Below, one piece after another: positions 12,117-25,284 of a DNA stretch of 52,427 bases; position 1 is the first letter of the stretch, and every line of letters starts with the position of its first letter. The translations under genes were made by a program, and so were the position numbers. Below the pieces are notes generated by a model, which had not been told where the DNA came from, did not search any database, and was given only the letters and a program-made list of their open reading frames with translations. This DNA comes from Perkinsus olseni (Eukaryota): NCBI GenBank assembly GCA_013115125.1, contig JABANN010000033.1, positions 62,001 to 114,427 on the forward strand, given 5' to 3'.

Positions 12117-15100
12117 TCACCGTCCCGCACGAACTTCCCAATCTCGCATCTCATTGCGATCATAATTAGGATCGATAAACGGCATAAACAACGAGTCCAT
12201 CAAATTCTGGCCGCAGATGAAACAGTCCGCTGCCGAGTCTTCTGGGGCGTCCGGACCATCCTGAAACGGAGACGATACCGCAGCCTATCAACGACGATTG
12301 CGAATGCGTCACTCACCTGCTGAGACTTCGTCATCGCTAGCGCTTCCTCGAGGCAGTCTTTGTGCATGGCGTGTCCGCAAAGGAAAGCGTAGAATCCGCG
12401 AGAGTAGATGATTTGTCGACAGAGGTCACACCTGAACATAACGAGGATCAGCTACGGCACCAACGGCCGAGGAAGAGCTGACCTCTGGGTCTGTGACAAA
12501 ATAACGCATCTTCCTAGGCCACCCTCGACGTTGCTGCCATCACTCGGACCACCACCGAAATCGCGCTCGACGGCCTGTGAAGAGCAGCAAGCGATGCTCA
12601 GCGACCTCTGTGGGAAGCACTCACGTCCATGGTCTTCTTATGCTGTTCAAGCTCCATATTCAAAAGATGAATATCAGTTTCATACCTGGCCAGAGAGATA
12701 CGGCAACGGATGGAGGACGGCAGGCCCTTACTGGTCCAGGCTCTTCTCAATCTCCGATCTGAACATACCTAGAGTAGCTCCGTTGCTGCTGTTGACAGGT
12801 ATCGAGTTGAGGACGTCGGCGATAGTCAAAACCTAGGAGGTAGCCCTTGTAGCACCGCGCTCGAGCAGGAATATCTTACGCCATCGGATTCTTGGTAGAA
12901 CTTGAGGAGGGCCTCCATGTCGCCCTTCTTTGCTTCATAGCTCAAGATGGAGAGCCATATCTTCCTCTTACCCGAGTTGCTCAGTCGGCATCTGCTCAGT
13001 TCAATGAGACTTCGTCACCAAGGAAGCGTACTCACCTCCGAGCATTGTGGATGGCCAAGTCGAGATCGTCGTGTTCAAGTGCCACATCGACGGCCAGCTT
13101 GTACTGTCCGACCAGACCGTACCTGCAGGAGTCTCTCAACCTCTGCGGTCCCAGCAGGGCTAGCCTACGCAACAGTAAGGGCCCTGGTCTTGCCCATGCT
13201 GTAGCAAATCCTCAACGCGAAGGTGACGTCAAAGTGCGGCATCTCGCCCTGAGTCCTGATGTATCTGCTCATAGGATTGAACGCTACCCATAGCAGGGGT
13301 GACGTCGGATGGCCCACCGGCAGAGCTCCTGCTCCTCCCCCGTCTCATCGGGCTCCATCGCCTTCAACTGTGTGAGCAGGTCCATCAGACCAGTCCACGA
13401 GGAGGGCTCACCTCCCACCAGCTGCATTGTACGGGGCAACCCTGGGACAAGCCATGCGAGCATTTCCGGTGACCATGAGGGACTCACGGTTTCCTCCAGG
13501 AGAGCAGCAGCAGTAAGTGAGGTACTCGGTGGCCGATGCACGGCGGGTCTGAGAATGGGCAGCGTGGGGAAACCATCGGCACACCGTACGGCGATGTTAC
13601 CTCGGAGTGCTGGCCAGGAGAGAGGGCCCCCCGGAAAGTGTGAAGGAGCCGTCGAGGGTCTACTGTCTGCCAGCCGCCCACACCCGAGCTTGGCGCAGCC
13701 ATCAGATATTCCACCAGCTGCTGGGGATGCAAACGGAATAGTATCGGACCGTACCTGCACGACAGTGGGCAACGGGGCCCTGGAACCACTGGCTACTCGT
13801 AAATCAGGTCATCCCTCTCCTTGGTGGCGTCGTAGCGATAGAGCTGCTCCAAGGCCTACAACAAGGCATCAGGACGGGAGTGAACTCCATCTGTGAGCTA
13901 CTCGCTCGGTCTGCCCCCGTGAGGCCATCGTCTCCACAGCCTTCCTCACATCACCCAGGCATTCGGCCACGAGCACGGTCGAGTCGAAGAGGCCGTTGGA
14001 CTCCAGGCGCTTATACAGCTGAGACAACAGCAGGGGTAGGAAGAGGGAGTGGAGGTGGTGCGCTCCATACCGCTTGGACGCAGGCCTTGTCGAGGTGTGG
14101 GCGACATAGCCGGACTAGGTCAATCAGGTCCCGCTGTAGCCTTGCTGCCTGATCTCGGTCGTCCCTGGGGTCCTCAGCGAAGGCCTTGCTCAGCAGCAGG
14201 GAGTATCTACAGCAGGCCGCGAGAGGTACCAGCGAGGGCATGGGCCGAGGAGATGGCGACTCACATCTGGCCTGCCCACAGGAACATCACGGGAACTTGA
14301 ACCCCTGCCTTTCGCCCGCCCGCCGAGAGTAGGCTTCGAATGAGCGACGTGACATAGTTCAACTGGCATCGACATCTGCTGACTGTGTAGAGTGTAGCTG
14401 GGCGCTTACCAAGGCTCCGTGCTGGCCCTTGGAGATGAAGGCCAGGCAGACCTCCTCGAAGGACACAGCACCCGTGCCAGCGTCCGCAAATCTGTCGGCG
14501 GCTGCGGTGTAGTCGCCCGATTGGAAGAGCTCCTGAGGCATCGAACCTGGCCGTTCCTCGGACCGAAGTGGAGATGGAGTTACCTCTCCTTCCGCTGCCA
14601 CGACTAAGGATCTATCCTCTGGCCTCGGTGCCACCTGCAATGCCTCCGAGAACCGTTTGCGTGTCACCAGCTGCCTCCACACCTGAAGCGAAGAGCGTAA
14701 GACAGAGCCCCAACGCTGTGAGCTTACCTGGTCCTGCTCGTTGTTGAAGTGAAGCTCGTAGACTCTCCGGTCGCTATATAGGGCCACCTCTCCGCAGTCG
14801 TGAGGTTGGACCAGCAACGACCGTACCTACAGCACTCAAGTGGGGGGATGGACGGCGGTGAAGGCAGCTGACATTGCCGTATTGTGCACTCGGCAGGTTG
14901 AGCGAGCACACCGTGTCGTAGGGGGCGATCCGGGAGACTGCCACTATTCTAGAGGAGTAGAGGAGGATGATGTGGTATCTGTCAGAGGGACGGTACTCGA
15001 CCGAAGAAGTGTTGCCTTCCAGCTGTACTTGGTAGGAGCGCACGCTCTTGGGTACTCTGAGTTCGTGGTCACAGTGCCGGGGTAGTGTTCACCGGGGGCG

Positions 15101-16716
15101 TTCAAGGCCGGATAAGGGATCTAGGAACAGAGGCAGGTCCGAGCAGCCGTGGAGACCTCAAGGCCTACGATAGATGGCTTGGAGTCGATGACAGGCTGCC
15201 GATTTTGCGGGGTGGCGGACGGCAAGTCAAACTCTACCATGCACGAAGGGCTTGCCCAGATCACTCGACCCTCGGTGGATCGGACCTGCACAGGGACGCT
15301 CGTATGTCGCAGGGTCGCCGAGATGTAGCCAATCCTACGTGGAGGGTGAAGCCTTCGAGCGCAGGCCTCGCCACACGGGGCGTCTCGAAGAGTAGCTGAA
15401 CGATAAGAATAATAACAACCGGCAAGACTCGATCATGGCATTCACGAGGGGCAAGGAGAAGTCGGTGAAGGCGCAGCGAAGCGAAGATCAGTAGCAGTGG
15501 TCTTATCGCCTCCACGAACGATGGCGACAGCTTTCAGCTGTCCGATAATGGGAGGTGAGCTCCTGACAGTAACGGAGCCTACATGGTCTCTCTTGACGAC
15601 GGCACCGGAACCAGCCATTGCGAAGAGGTGCTCGACATTGGGGCCACCAGTGAAGCCGAACCTAAGAGCGGCTAGTAGGGGAGGAACCGATGGGGACTGT
15701 GGTACAGGAGATGGGCCTGCTGGATGAGGCAGCAGAGTGAATGGGATGGTCCGGAGCGGGGCCGGAAGATACGAAGGGCGGTGATGGCCGACTGGTGGGG
15801 GGAGGACGGCGGGAACTCTGAGACGGCGGCGGGCTGACGAGCGACGCATGACCATCGAGGGGTACCCATGAGCTGTCTGAAATTGACTTCTCTTCCGCTG
15901 GCGACTTTCAACAGGAAGAAGATTCCCGCTCGGGTACCGACTACGACATTGCCAGTGCCTGAGGAGGAACCATCGCCTCCTCGATCGGACTCGAAGGTGC
16001 GGGGCCTACTATTTTGCGTTAGGGCTCCATCGCCTGTGATGGCTGCCTCGGGCCACTCTATACACTCAATCTGGTGCCCTCGGAGCCTAAGGAAGGGTAG
16101 TAGGCTCCATTTCAAAGCGCGCACAGAGGAGGGGGAGCTACCTGACCAGCTCCACAGCAGATGGGCTGTCAAAACTGACATAGTAGTTGACGTTATTGGC
16201 CGTGGCGATGATACAGTGGAAGGCCGACACCGGGTCGAGGAAGATGGCGCACACATTGGCGAAGGAAACGGAGGAAGAGGAACCTAAAGACACAGCGTGA
16301 CGACTAGACGAAGATACAGTCCTACTTCTCTGTCCTGTAGACGGCGGAGGCGGGCGTATCTGCTCCACCTGGTTGTCATCTGGGTACCACCGGTACACGG
16401 AACCTGAAGAAGAGGCGTAGGGCCGGTCAGCGTTGAGGTTGGTCCTCACTCCGATGGGTCCCTGTGGCATAGTAGACGCATCTGTTGGCAACAGCAGCTG
16501 TCACGATTGCGGTGGAGGCGGTGGTCTGCAGGAGGCTGTCTGACCGAAGAAGCTTGACGGCGAGGGCAGGGCTTCCGTGCCCCGGACCTGAGAGGGACGG
16601 TGGGTGGCTAGCCTAGAGCGGCCGAGTGACGAGGGATGCTCACCCTGGCAGGCTCGAGATAGGGCAGACTCCAAAGATGGAAATAAGGCGGCCTGCTTCC
16701 GCTCATGTGACGCCAT
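12117..16716 (-). CDS. VPS18: Vacuolar protein sorting 18 / Pep3 (HOPS/CORVET core subunit), multi-exon
   Basis: YHIILLYSSRIVAVSR, VWRQLVTRKRFSEAL, AADRFA...SFEEVCLAF and the C-terminal RING CDLC...FYAFLCGHAMHKDCL...AADCFICGQNLMDSLFMPFID match Vps18. Confidence 0.88.
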
Positions 16717-16874
16717 GTGCTGGTATTAAAAACGCTGATTGCCACCAAACGAGATGTATGCTCATACCATAACTTGGCGAACCAAAGACGGACCGACTCA
16801 AGAGAAATGACACTTGTCGTGAGCATGCTGCTTGACACTAGGGGGACTTCGGAGGTACCGTAGCAGTGAAGCCG

Positions 16875-19800
16875 CTAGGAGACGTGCTGTTGAGGGGTGA
16901 TGATCGCCTCTGCCGCTGACGTAGAGCTGCTGCTCCCCCGAAGGAAGTTGTCGACGTGTTGCTCATCATACCTGCCGACCCCATGCTAGGAGCCAACGCC
17001 GAGACGACGGCGTACCTCCGACTGCTGCCGCCCTCCTGGCCGCCCTCAGGATGGACGGGTAGTCATGCGGGACCATCCACAGCGGGGGACGAGTAGGGCT
17101 GATGGAGACCGGAGGGCCGCCGTCCTCGCGGGGAGTGATACTTACCCGATAGAGGCCCCCCCGGAGCGCCCCTGCGTAATAACAATAGGGGGCCTCCGAC
17201 GCTCCCTACTCCCTGGGGAATCCGCGGCTGTACTTGCAACCGACATCAACCTAAGACGAGAGTTGGTCGGCGAGGACCCAGGTCGGGTGAAGTTCGGTCA
17301 GAAGAGAGGTGCCTGGCAGAGAATCCGGTAGAGCTCTGGATGCCTGGGCTCCTCGATCGCTGATGACGACGCCTTGCTGAGGAGCCATTCAGAGGGGAAT
17401 CCTGAAATCATTGCTGGTGGTTGCTCACACATCGTCACGCGCCCGAAAGTCGACCAATGGAAGCTATCGACCGATTGAAGAGGACAGGCACGACTTACCT
17501 CCTGTGGCGAGGCCCTCCGGCGTGGAGAAGATCCTTTGGGCGACTCGCTCTCGAGACGTCTCCGAGCCGTCCATGCTGGGCCAGGGGAGTGGGCTGGCAG
17601 CGGCTGCCCACAGGAGAATGCGCCACGAAAGCACTGAGGGAGGCACTACCGGAGGGAATATCGGCCGATCATCATCCTCTGTGTCACTGCCACTGGAGAG
17701 GTACGAGACGCCATGCTTGACGTCCACTAGGAGCCGCTTTAGCAGACGGGCTCTGACCTCTGCACGCCGGTCCTTGCGACGACCACGGCGACGACGACGG
17801 GTCTCTACCGAAGCTACAGCTGACCGCCCCGAGGGGCTCAGGGAGCCTGAGCGCATCACTCTTAGGGTGTCATCATGAGAGAGGGTTAGCGAGGACTCAT
17901 GACAGGCTCACCCGAGCTAGATGGGTTAATGCAGAGGTAGGAGGGAGGGTGAGAATGTTGGTCTACCAATCCTGGAAGGGAACGTGCACCCGGGACTCCA
18001 CACTACGACCCACAGCATTACCTCTCTCAAATCGCCGCCCTCTCCGTCGACCCCCAGCTAGTGATGAGCCTTCAAAGGAGTTGGCGAGTCTACTACTGGA
18101 CGAGTATCGGAACTGAGGAGATGGAGAGGGGTCAATACACTGTTGGTGTAACTCGGCTTCTTCCTGCGCCGTCCCCACAGATTTGAGGAAGGATGGATGA
18201 TTCCGAAGCCCACCGCTTTTAACGTACGAGACGAGTACGCTACAGAGGCGACCACCAGGCTAGCACTTGGGTATGAATCTCAGAGGAAGACGACTCCATC
18301 TCGTCCACACTCCACAGGGAACCGAACGATGATGGGAAGGGGCTCAGTAGGGACGCGTCCTCTGTCGATTCCTGAGACATGAGGGACCTCTGAGAGACCC
18401 TTAGGCGACGAACAGCGTATCATCTATGCTACCAGCAGATCTTTCTCCTCCGCAGAGGAATCTTCTTGCCCTCCGACGTAAACTGCTACTGCACAACAGG
18501 CTCTCAGTCACACTAAGGGTCTCTCACCTGACTGCTCGGTTCTGGAAGTGGTGCTGCGGACTGCCTCTCGAGCGTGACGAATTTTGGAGTCGAAGTACAG
18601 CATTTGACGTCTCGATTTATGTATCGACACTTGGGCTCGAACCCGATACCTTCTCATAGATAGCCGTGACTTGTCCCATTCCGGTGAAAGAACTCACGGA
18701 ACATTTATGCCGTCCAACACCAGGCGGAGGTCATCGTCGTCAGCCTGATCCGGAGACCCGCCGCCCGCGCTGAGCAACCGAGTGACGGCCTCTTTCTGCT
18801 GCTGATTGAGGTGATGCTCATTAGCCTTAGCGAACTCTGCAAGCTGTAACCGTACAGCGTCCAGCCTGTGCTGCAGTGCTGCCATGCGGAGGCACCTCTG
18901 CCAGCAGGAAACAACAACCCCAGTATCAACCGGCTGATGCTGTGAACAGCAGCAGCACCTCTTCATTATCCTTCCGCAATATGAGTATCTCTTCCTTATA
19001 CGGTCTCACCAGCTCCGCCCTCTCGCGATCCCGGAAGGCTGTCGTTATCTCCAAGGGTGACTCTAAAGACGCCATAGAGCAGCCCTCCGACCAACCGCCC
19101 ACCCCAGAGCTTATGCCTCATCTTCTCCAACCTGTCCCTTTCCGCTGTACTAGTAGTAGACCTTCGAGGTACCATCCAGGTCCCCTCTCTGCCTCCGACC
19201 GCCTCCGTTTGGGAGGCCCCATCCCGCAGCTCAGACTTCAAAAGAGACATCCTCCCTTCCTCTGCCGTTGGCTGCTGCTGCTGCTGCTGCTGCTCTTCCT
19301 TCGTAGACTCCTCGGCGACCTAAGACGCCTTCCCGCACATCCAGACTGGATGATCCAGTACAGCTAAAGTTACATGTAGGTAATTGAGCAGCTCCTCGAT
19401 GGTCGCCTCGCCCTTGCCGTCACCGCCACTGATGAGGCTGAGGATTCGACCACTAAAGTAGTCGAGGAAGTCGGGTGAACCATCTCGCTTGGAGCAGGAG
19501 GCCAGGTACCCAGCCAAGGCTGAGGAAGCCTATCAGCGGGCCGAGTGACCCCTGTGATTCTTGCCCTACCATCTCTCGTGATTTTCGATGACCCGTCACA
19601 GAGAGCTTCCCTTATAGAGCCACTATGGTTGATGACAAAGTTCCGTAGAGCATCCACCTCCCCAACCGTGGCCCCTTCTGATGGCAGCATGGAGGCATCA
19701 ATGAGGGAGAGGCAGGCTCACCACCACACTCCAATCCGTACCGTAGACGGTACATGTTGAGCTCCTCCTCCTTCTCCCTAGTGAACTCTTGGACGGGTAT

Positions 19801-20928
19801 AAGACTCGGTCTTCGAGAGGCTACCGGAGGGCCAATTACAGTGCTGCTCTGAAAGCGCCTCACCGCCGCATGATTGGCATTGAACGCCTCTCTCTTCCTG
19901 CTCTACCGCTGCGGCCACCCCCTCATCCGCCACAGCTGCAACGACCCCTCCCTCTTCTCTACAGGTCCTCAGCTCAGCCGACTCTTGTCTGGGTACGACC
20001 AGGCTAGGTCTCCGAGAAGCTACAGAACATCGTAAATCTCGACTCGAGAGTCGCCCTACATCCACATGATTGGCTCTGAACACCCTCATCCATCCTCACC
20101 ACAGACGCCACCTCTCGAAGCTGCAAATACTACCATACGGCAGACGAGTCGAATCGATTCTACTACTTGCTCTCGATAGTCGTCCAGCTCTCTTTGCATG
20201 GCGTCTCGCTCCAGCTCGAGCTCCCTGACCTACCCAGACAGCTCGTCGCCGTCGTATCCCTGCTATGCGTTACTGTAGCATTGAAGTCCTCCTCCATCTC
20301 CTGAGCCCTCTTCTCATGCTCCCGGCGAAGTGCCTGCTTTTCTTCCTCCAAATCAGCCGTATATTCCTTCAGAGCCTCGGCTCTGATGGCTGCCTCGTCA
20401 GGTACGACCATGGGCTGCCTCTGCTGCTGCTCTTTCCGTATTGCTTCCAGCTGGGCTCTCAGGCTTGCCGTCTGGTCCTGGCCTGATGCCCCATCCACAC
20501 AGGGCCCGCCTTGAGTACAGTGTACTTTCCTTGAGGCCCATCCGTAAGGTGGTGAGCTCCTGTGCCGCTTGCTCCTTTGCTACGGCTCCCGATGACCTCG
20601 ATTCAGCCAGGGAATCTCGCAGTGCAGATCGCTCTGCTGCCTGGTAACCCAACAGATGGTGTAACATTGCCGAGCGCCATCATCATGAGCAGACCCATTG
20701 AGCTCGTTCCCGCTCGATCTCCTCCTTTCTGCTCTCTATTTCAGAGGCTGCCTCCACAAGCCTCTGCTTGAGGTCCACCACTTCCTGTCCGAGATTCGCT
20801 AGAGCTTCTCGGTCCGCCGCCAGAGGCGCCGGCTGAGGAAGTTCGGAACACATCCGAGACACGATACACTACTGCATTGCGAGAGCCTCGAGTAGCCAAG
20901 CGAAGGCGGGTGAACTACGAAATCCCAT
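16875..20928 (-). CDS. Large hypothetical coiled-coil / low-complexity protein, multi-exon (ends approximate)
   Basis: Coiled-coil-like exons (LRAQLEAIRKEQQQ...LEEEKQALRREHEKRAQEMEEDF), repeated ASRRPSL motifs and Ser/Arg/Pro-rich distal exons, with regular minus-strand splice signals. Confidence 0.5.
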
Positions 20929-21281
20929 GATAGTGACGGTTGAGGAAACGTTGCTACTGCGTGAGGGATGCGGTGGAAGACCCCTAGCTCATTCCTATAG
21001 CTCAATCGTAGAAAGAGCTGTGGCAGACACCGTAAGGGGAAGCACTACGGAGCCGAAGATGTTCAGTTTATCAGGAAGCATTGCACGGGATGTTAGAGCC
21101 TGCTTCTATCGGGCACTGAGGATCAAGAATCCTCGTCAAAAAAAACCGATCATGTCCGAGAGCATCCGGAAGGGGTTTATAACACCACAATTATGCATTA
21201 ATGGCGTGACAGCCGGCGGCGCCCTTTGTGCCGAGAAGCGTGGCGGTTGTACCATGTACAGCATGATGTATAAGGAAAGCT

Positions 21282-22850
21282 TCAACCGGGTGGCTCGAGC
21301 GATGTTCGCACTACCTCCCTTTCCTCCACCTTTTCCAACTGCTGTCTGAAGGCCAGCCTCTCCGCTAAGGCCTCTATCTCTCCAGGTGGCATCAGCTGTA
21401 GCAACTGATTGACCTACTAGGGAAGGCATCAACCGCCTCCTGCCGCTGTGCATTCTCTCACGATAACATTCCACTTCACGAGATGTTCCGAAACCAGAGC
21501 ACGAAGGCAGCTAGCGGCGATCTCCTCCGGTGTCCTCGGAGTCGTGTCTCCCTCCTGAAAGTTCTTGCATTCAGCGTTTCCTGAGTACGAAGAGGACCTC
21601 CTGTATCTGAGCCTTCAGCTGTGACACCATCATCAACAGCCGCTCAGTTGCCCTGGCGATAGCCTCCTTGACGAGGTCTCGAGTGGGAGGCTCCAATACA
21701 CGGAGGATCTTAAGAGGGTAATGTAAGTGTTAGCGTATGGGGGGGATGCTACGTCGTAGAAGTAAACTTCTGTGTTTTCTAGCCTCTTGAGTACCTCATC
21801 CACTGTCCATCCACTCAGTGGAAGCTTGATAGACCCGACTGCTACGGCTGCCCCATCCGCTACTGTCTCACCTAGCACTACCAATGCCCATTGGAGTGCT
21901 CGCGACTCAAGGGGGGGGGGGCGAAGTGTTGTGAAAGTTACAACAAGATGACGCGTTCTGCTTCTTATTCGTGAAGCGCATGGATCCCCGATGCTATTAC
22001 AGTACTACCTACACCATCACTCGATGACTTCAAAGATACGCTACTTGGTCTGAGGTAAGATTCTTCGCTGCTAGCAGACGGATACGCGAACACTACGAAT
22101 AGGAGGGGTCACTGCGTCCAAGCTTAGTCGAGAGTTCCTGCAGCGCTATTTTGGCGTCATCAAGGCACCGTCGGAGATATCTAAGGTTCATCCGCGGCAA
22201 TGGTGAAATCTCGGGCACCTCACGCTAGTTCTCTGTAGTAGCCGTATCTCGCAGCATTAAGAATGGCTGCCAGAGCGTCCACTCGCTCCTCCAGAGCCTG
22301 GACGGGACCCACATGGGGACGTGCACGGATGAGGGGGCAGCAGAGAGATTGAAAGGAGCCATTAGTACCCGATTGAGTCTGTTGAGGGACTCTACGCTCT
22401 TTACTGAGGCGAGCAATTTTGGCTCCCTGTGCCAGTCGGTAGGATCGATGAAAACCAACAAGGAATGACTGGTGCCGCGAGCCTCCGACTCGCTCCTCGA
22501 CCACAGCTCCTCGAGATCTGAAGAACGTATCTTCCACTCTTTCCACTTCACACGTGAATAAGTTCGGATTCCAAAGAAAGCATGCATACCCTGCCCTTAG
22601 CGTGGTCAAGACCGGGACCAGCCAAGGCGTATGAACGCAAATCCGAGGCACTGAATTCTTCACCTCCTCCGACCAACACGAATGAGCCCCAACGTAAAGC
22701 TGCAGTCGTATAGCGCTGAGCCGGAATGAGGGTCTCCCCCAGGATGCATTTCCTATCACCTTTCATCCTTTTTCTCCTACCATACTTCCTCTCCACCTCT
22801 TGCAGGTCACTGGTGAGGACATAAGATACTTCCAAGGTAAGCGGGTGCAT
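21282..22850 (-). CDS. Hypothetical multi-exon protein
   Basis: Protein-like exons MHPLTLEVSYVL..., LLVFIDPTDWHREPKLL, ALEERVDALAAILNAARYGYY, WTVDEVLKRLENTEVYFYD, and a final LAERLAFRQQLEKVEEREVVRTSLEPPG*. Confidence 0.45.
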
Positions 22851-23955
22851 CAAGGCTAGGCAGCATTACCATTCGTGCTGCCCTTGCTGTGGTCTCGCTA
22901 TGACCGTGACTCGGTACGGTAGTGAGTACCGATCACCGTAAGTACTAACGCAAGAACGGTCACTCAAATCAGTGGGAGTTGGACCATGGCCATTAGAGGG
23001 AAACGTTATGGACATCAGCCCCAGTCACAGCCGAACCGGCCCCTTACTATCGATGCTGCCGAGGTGGTTGGCAACCATTGGTAGCCTCCACAGGCTATTC
23101 GAATTCCACAGAGCATCAGCGGCGATAGAAGGCTGCCCAACCCCGCACATCCGGAAGGCTTGTTGCACTGGGCAACTTCAACTTTTGCTGTGGTGTCAGT
23201 TACTACTGACTATCACTATGGTGGAACGAACATCCGCAGACACTCCATCGCTGAGGGTTATCACGGCTGATTAAGATAGCGAATCCGGGAAAGCAAGCGG
23301 AGAACTTTTAGTGAGGGAGCTTGCCTTGGTGACCCTACTCGTGACGCAACAAAATTTCACCATTTACATTCTCTGCTGCAATTTCCATAAAACATGGTAA
23401 CACTGAACGGGGTAACGTCACCTAGTGAGGTCGACAGGGAGGAACGATCAACTAGGCACACTAGCCGCGCTCTCCTGACGAAGTGATTGGGCGTCGAAGG
23501 CAGCATGCCCCTATAAGCTCAGCCAGGCTGATGCTCCAAGCAGAGTAGGATGATCGAAAGCGGCGTAGGCTCAGCACGAGTATGCCCTCCGCGAAGTCCT
23601 AGATAACTGCACACGAGTGACGGCTGGAAGAAGAAAGAAAGGCGGGGGAGATCTGTAAAGCCGCTCAAGGCTTTAGCGGCGAACGACCACGGCGTGCGGG
23701 AACGTCTGTGACGCCAAGTATTCAGCACGCGTGCGCATTGCCACAGGGGATCGATGGCGTTTTACTACGACCACAAGATCGAACTCATCGCCGTTCAACT
23801 GTCAGATAAATCTCAGGCTCTATTAACCGCGATACGCTCTTTGGTAAGACACAGAAAATTCCCATGGGAATCCGTACCATGGATTCTGGGGCCTGCCGGA
23901 GAATCTTTCTGTCTCTGTTGCGCGGTGATTGCTGGTGTCAGAAAAGAGTGTGGTT

Positions 23956-24885
23956 ATGTGCCACCCCTGCCGCCATCTCGCACCATGGACCATCTCCGCT
24001 GTGGTCTTATTGCTTGCTACCATCGTCGCGCTCGAAGGCTGTGGGGGTAACGTCCCTGCCGGACCAACCGTCCCAGGTAAAGGTCGCAAGTTTCTTCGCG
24101 TGCCGCCGTCCGCACTAAGTTAGGGAAGTCTCGTATCAGGTGGCCGCAACAACGGGAGTGATGATGGTGGTGGAACTACATCTAGGCCGTCTTATGAGCC
24201 AAGCAAACTGTGCCCCAAGGGAGATATATTCTGTTACGAGGTGCTCCACGACCTGAGGACATACTGTCGGTGGAACTCGACCATGACGTGCCAGTATAAT
24301 CCTTTAGTGCCCTGTAATTGCGTCAACAATACCTTCCCACCCTCCACTACCACCTCTACTAGCACGCCTTCACCGAGTACTACAACCAGCGGCACATCTA
24401 CGCCCTCTTCAACAACGTCTACTGGGGTGCCCCCATCAAGTACCACGGCCAATGGCACGTCTACGCCGGCTTCAACAACATCTACTGGGGTGCCCCCATC
24501 AAGTACCACGGCCAATGCCACGTCTACGCCCTCTTCAACAACGTCTACTGGGGTGCCCCCATCAAGTACCACGGCCAATGGCACGTCTACGCCGGCTTCA
24601 ACAACATCTACTGGGGTGCCCCCATCAAGTACCACGGCCAATGCCACGTCTACGCCCTCTTCAACAACGTCTACTGGGGTGCCCCCATCAAGTACCACGG
24701 CGAATGGCACGTCTACGCCGGCTTCAACATCTACTCAGGCGCCTTCATCAACCACTACAACTAGCAGTACATTGTCACAAGCTCCTACCACATCCACGCA
24801 ATCACCTCCGCCAACCACTGCGAACGCTCCTCGCAGGAGAGCTGATCAGAAGAAACGGCATCAGCCCTCTAATACGATTCTGTGA
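23956..24885 (+). CDS. Secreted mucin-like protein 1: signal peptide + LEGC, 6-Cys module, Ser/Thr/Pro tandem repeats (intron 24077-24139)
   Basis: Hydrophobic ISAVVLLLATIVALEGC; a phase-1 intron joins in frame to KLCPKGDIFC...TYCRWNSTMTC...PCNC and the T/S/P-rich ORF 24241-24885. Confidence 0.75.
24394..24733 (+). repeat. Coding tandem repeat: 60-nt unit (TSTP[S/A]STTSTGVPPSSTTAN[G/A]), about 5.5 copies alternating as a 120-nt higher-order unit
   Basis: actggggtgcccccatcaagtaccacggc recurs every 60 nt at 24421, 24484, 24547, 24610 and 24673 approximately (spacing 63 nt including the linker codon); variants ccctct/ccggct and aatggc/aatgcc alternate. Confidence 0.9.
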
Positions 24886-25284
24886 AAGTTGAGGTCTATT
24901 ATAGTGATTCACCGTTATATTGTCGGATGTTGCTGAATCATTGCTTTTTGGACAGCGGATCGAGCGTAGCACGTCTGTGAGCTCATCCGTGATTTAAAAG
25001 TCGCCACCATGTAAGTTAAGTGTTATGCTTTGTGTGCTGTGACGGATGCTCCTCCAGCCTCGCATAACATTTTGTAGAGGATATCCTTCTACTTTACCAA
25101 CTCCGACTTTCCGTCGAACATTGCGCTTCCGTGTTCTTCTCGAATCTGGTTGCCGCTCCCTTCTCATTGGGTTTCTCCTTTCTACGGTCACCGCTGGTTT
25201 CTGTCTGTCGTGGTAGCCGTACTTTTCATGGGAGGCCACACCGCGCGTGTCTGCTCGGTGACTCCATGCGGCTCGACACGGTGG

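Noticed and set aside
21911-21921. Poly-G runs here and at 8621-8630
   Set aside because: Both appear to lie in introns, with no evidence for frameshifting or phase variation; homopolymer length may be a sequencing artefact.
24394-24733. Regularly spaced direct repeats resembling a CRISPR array
   Set aside because: The units are contiguous in-frame coding repeats with no unique spacers, and there are no cas genes in this eukaryotic context.
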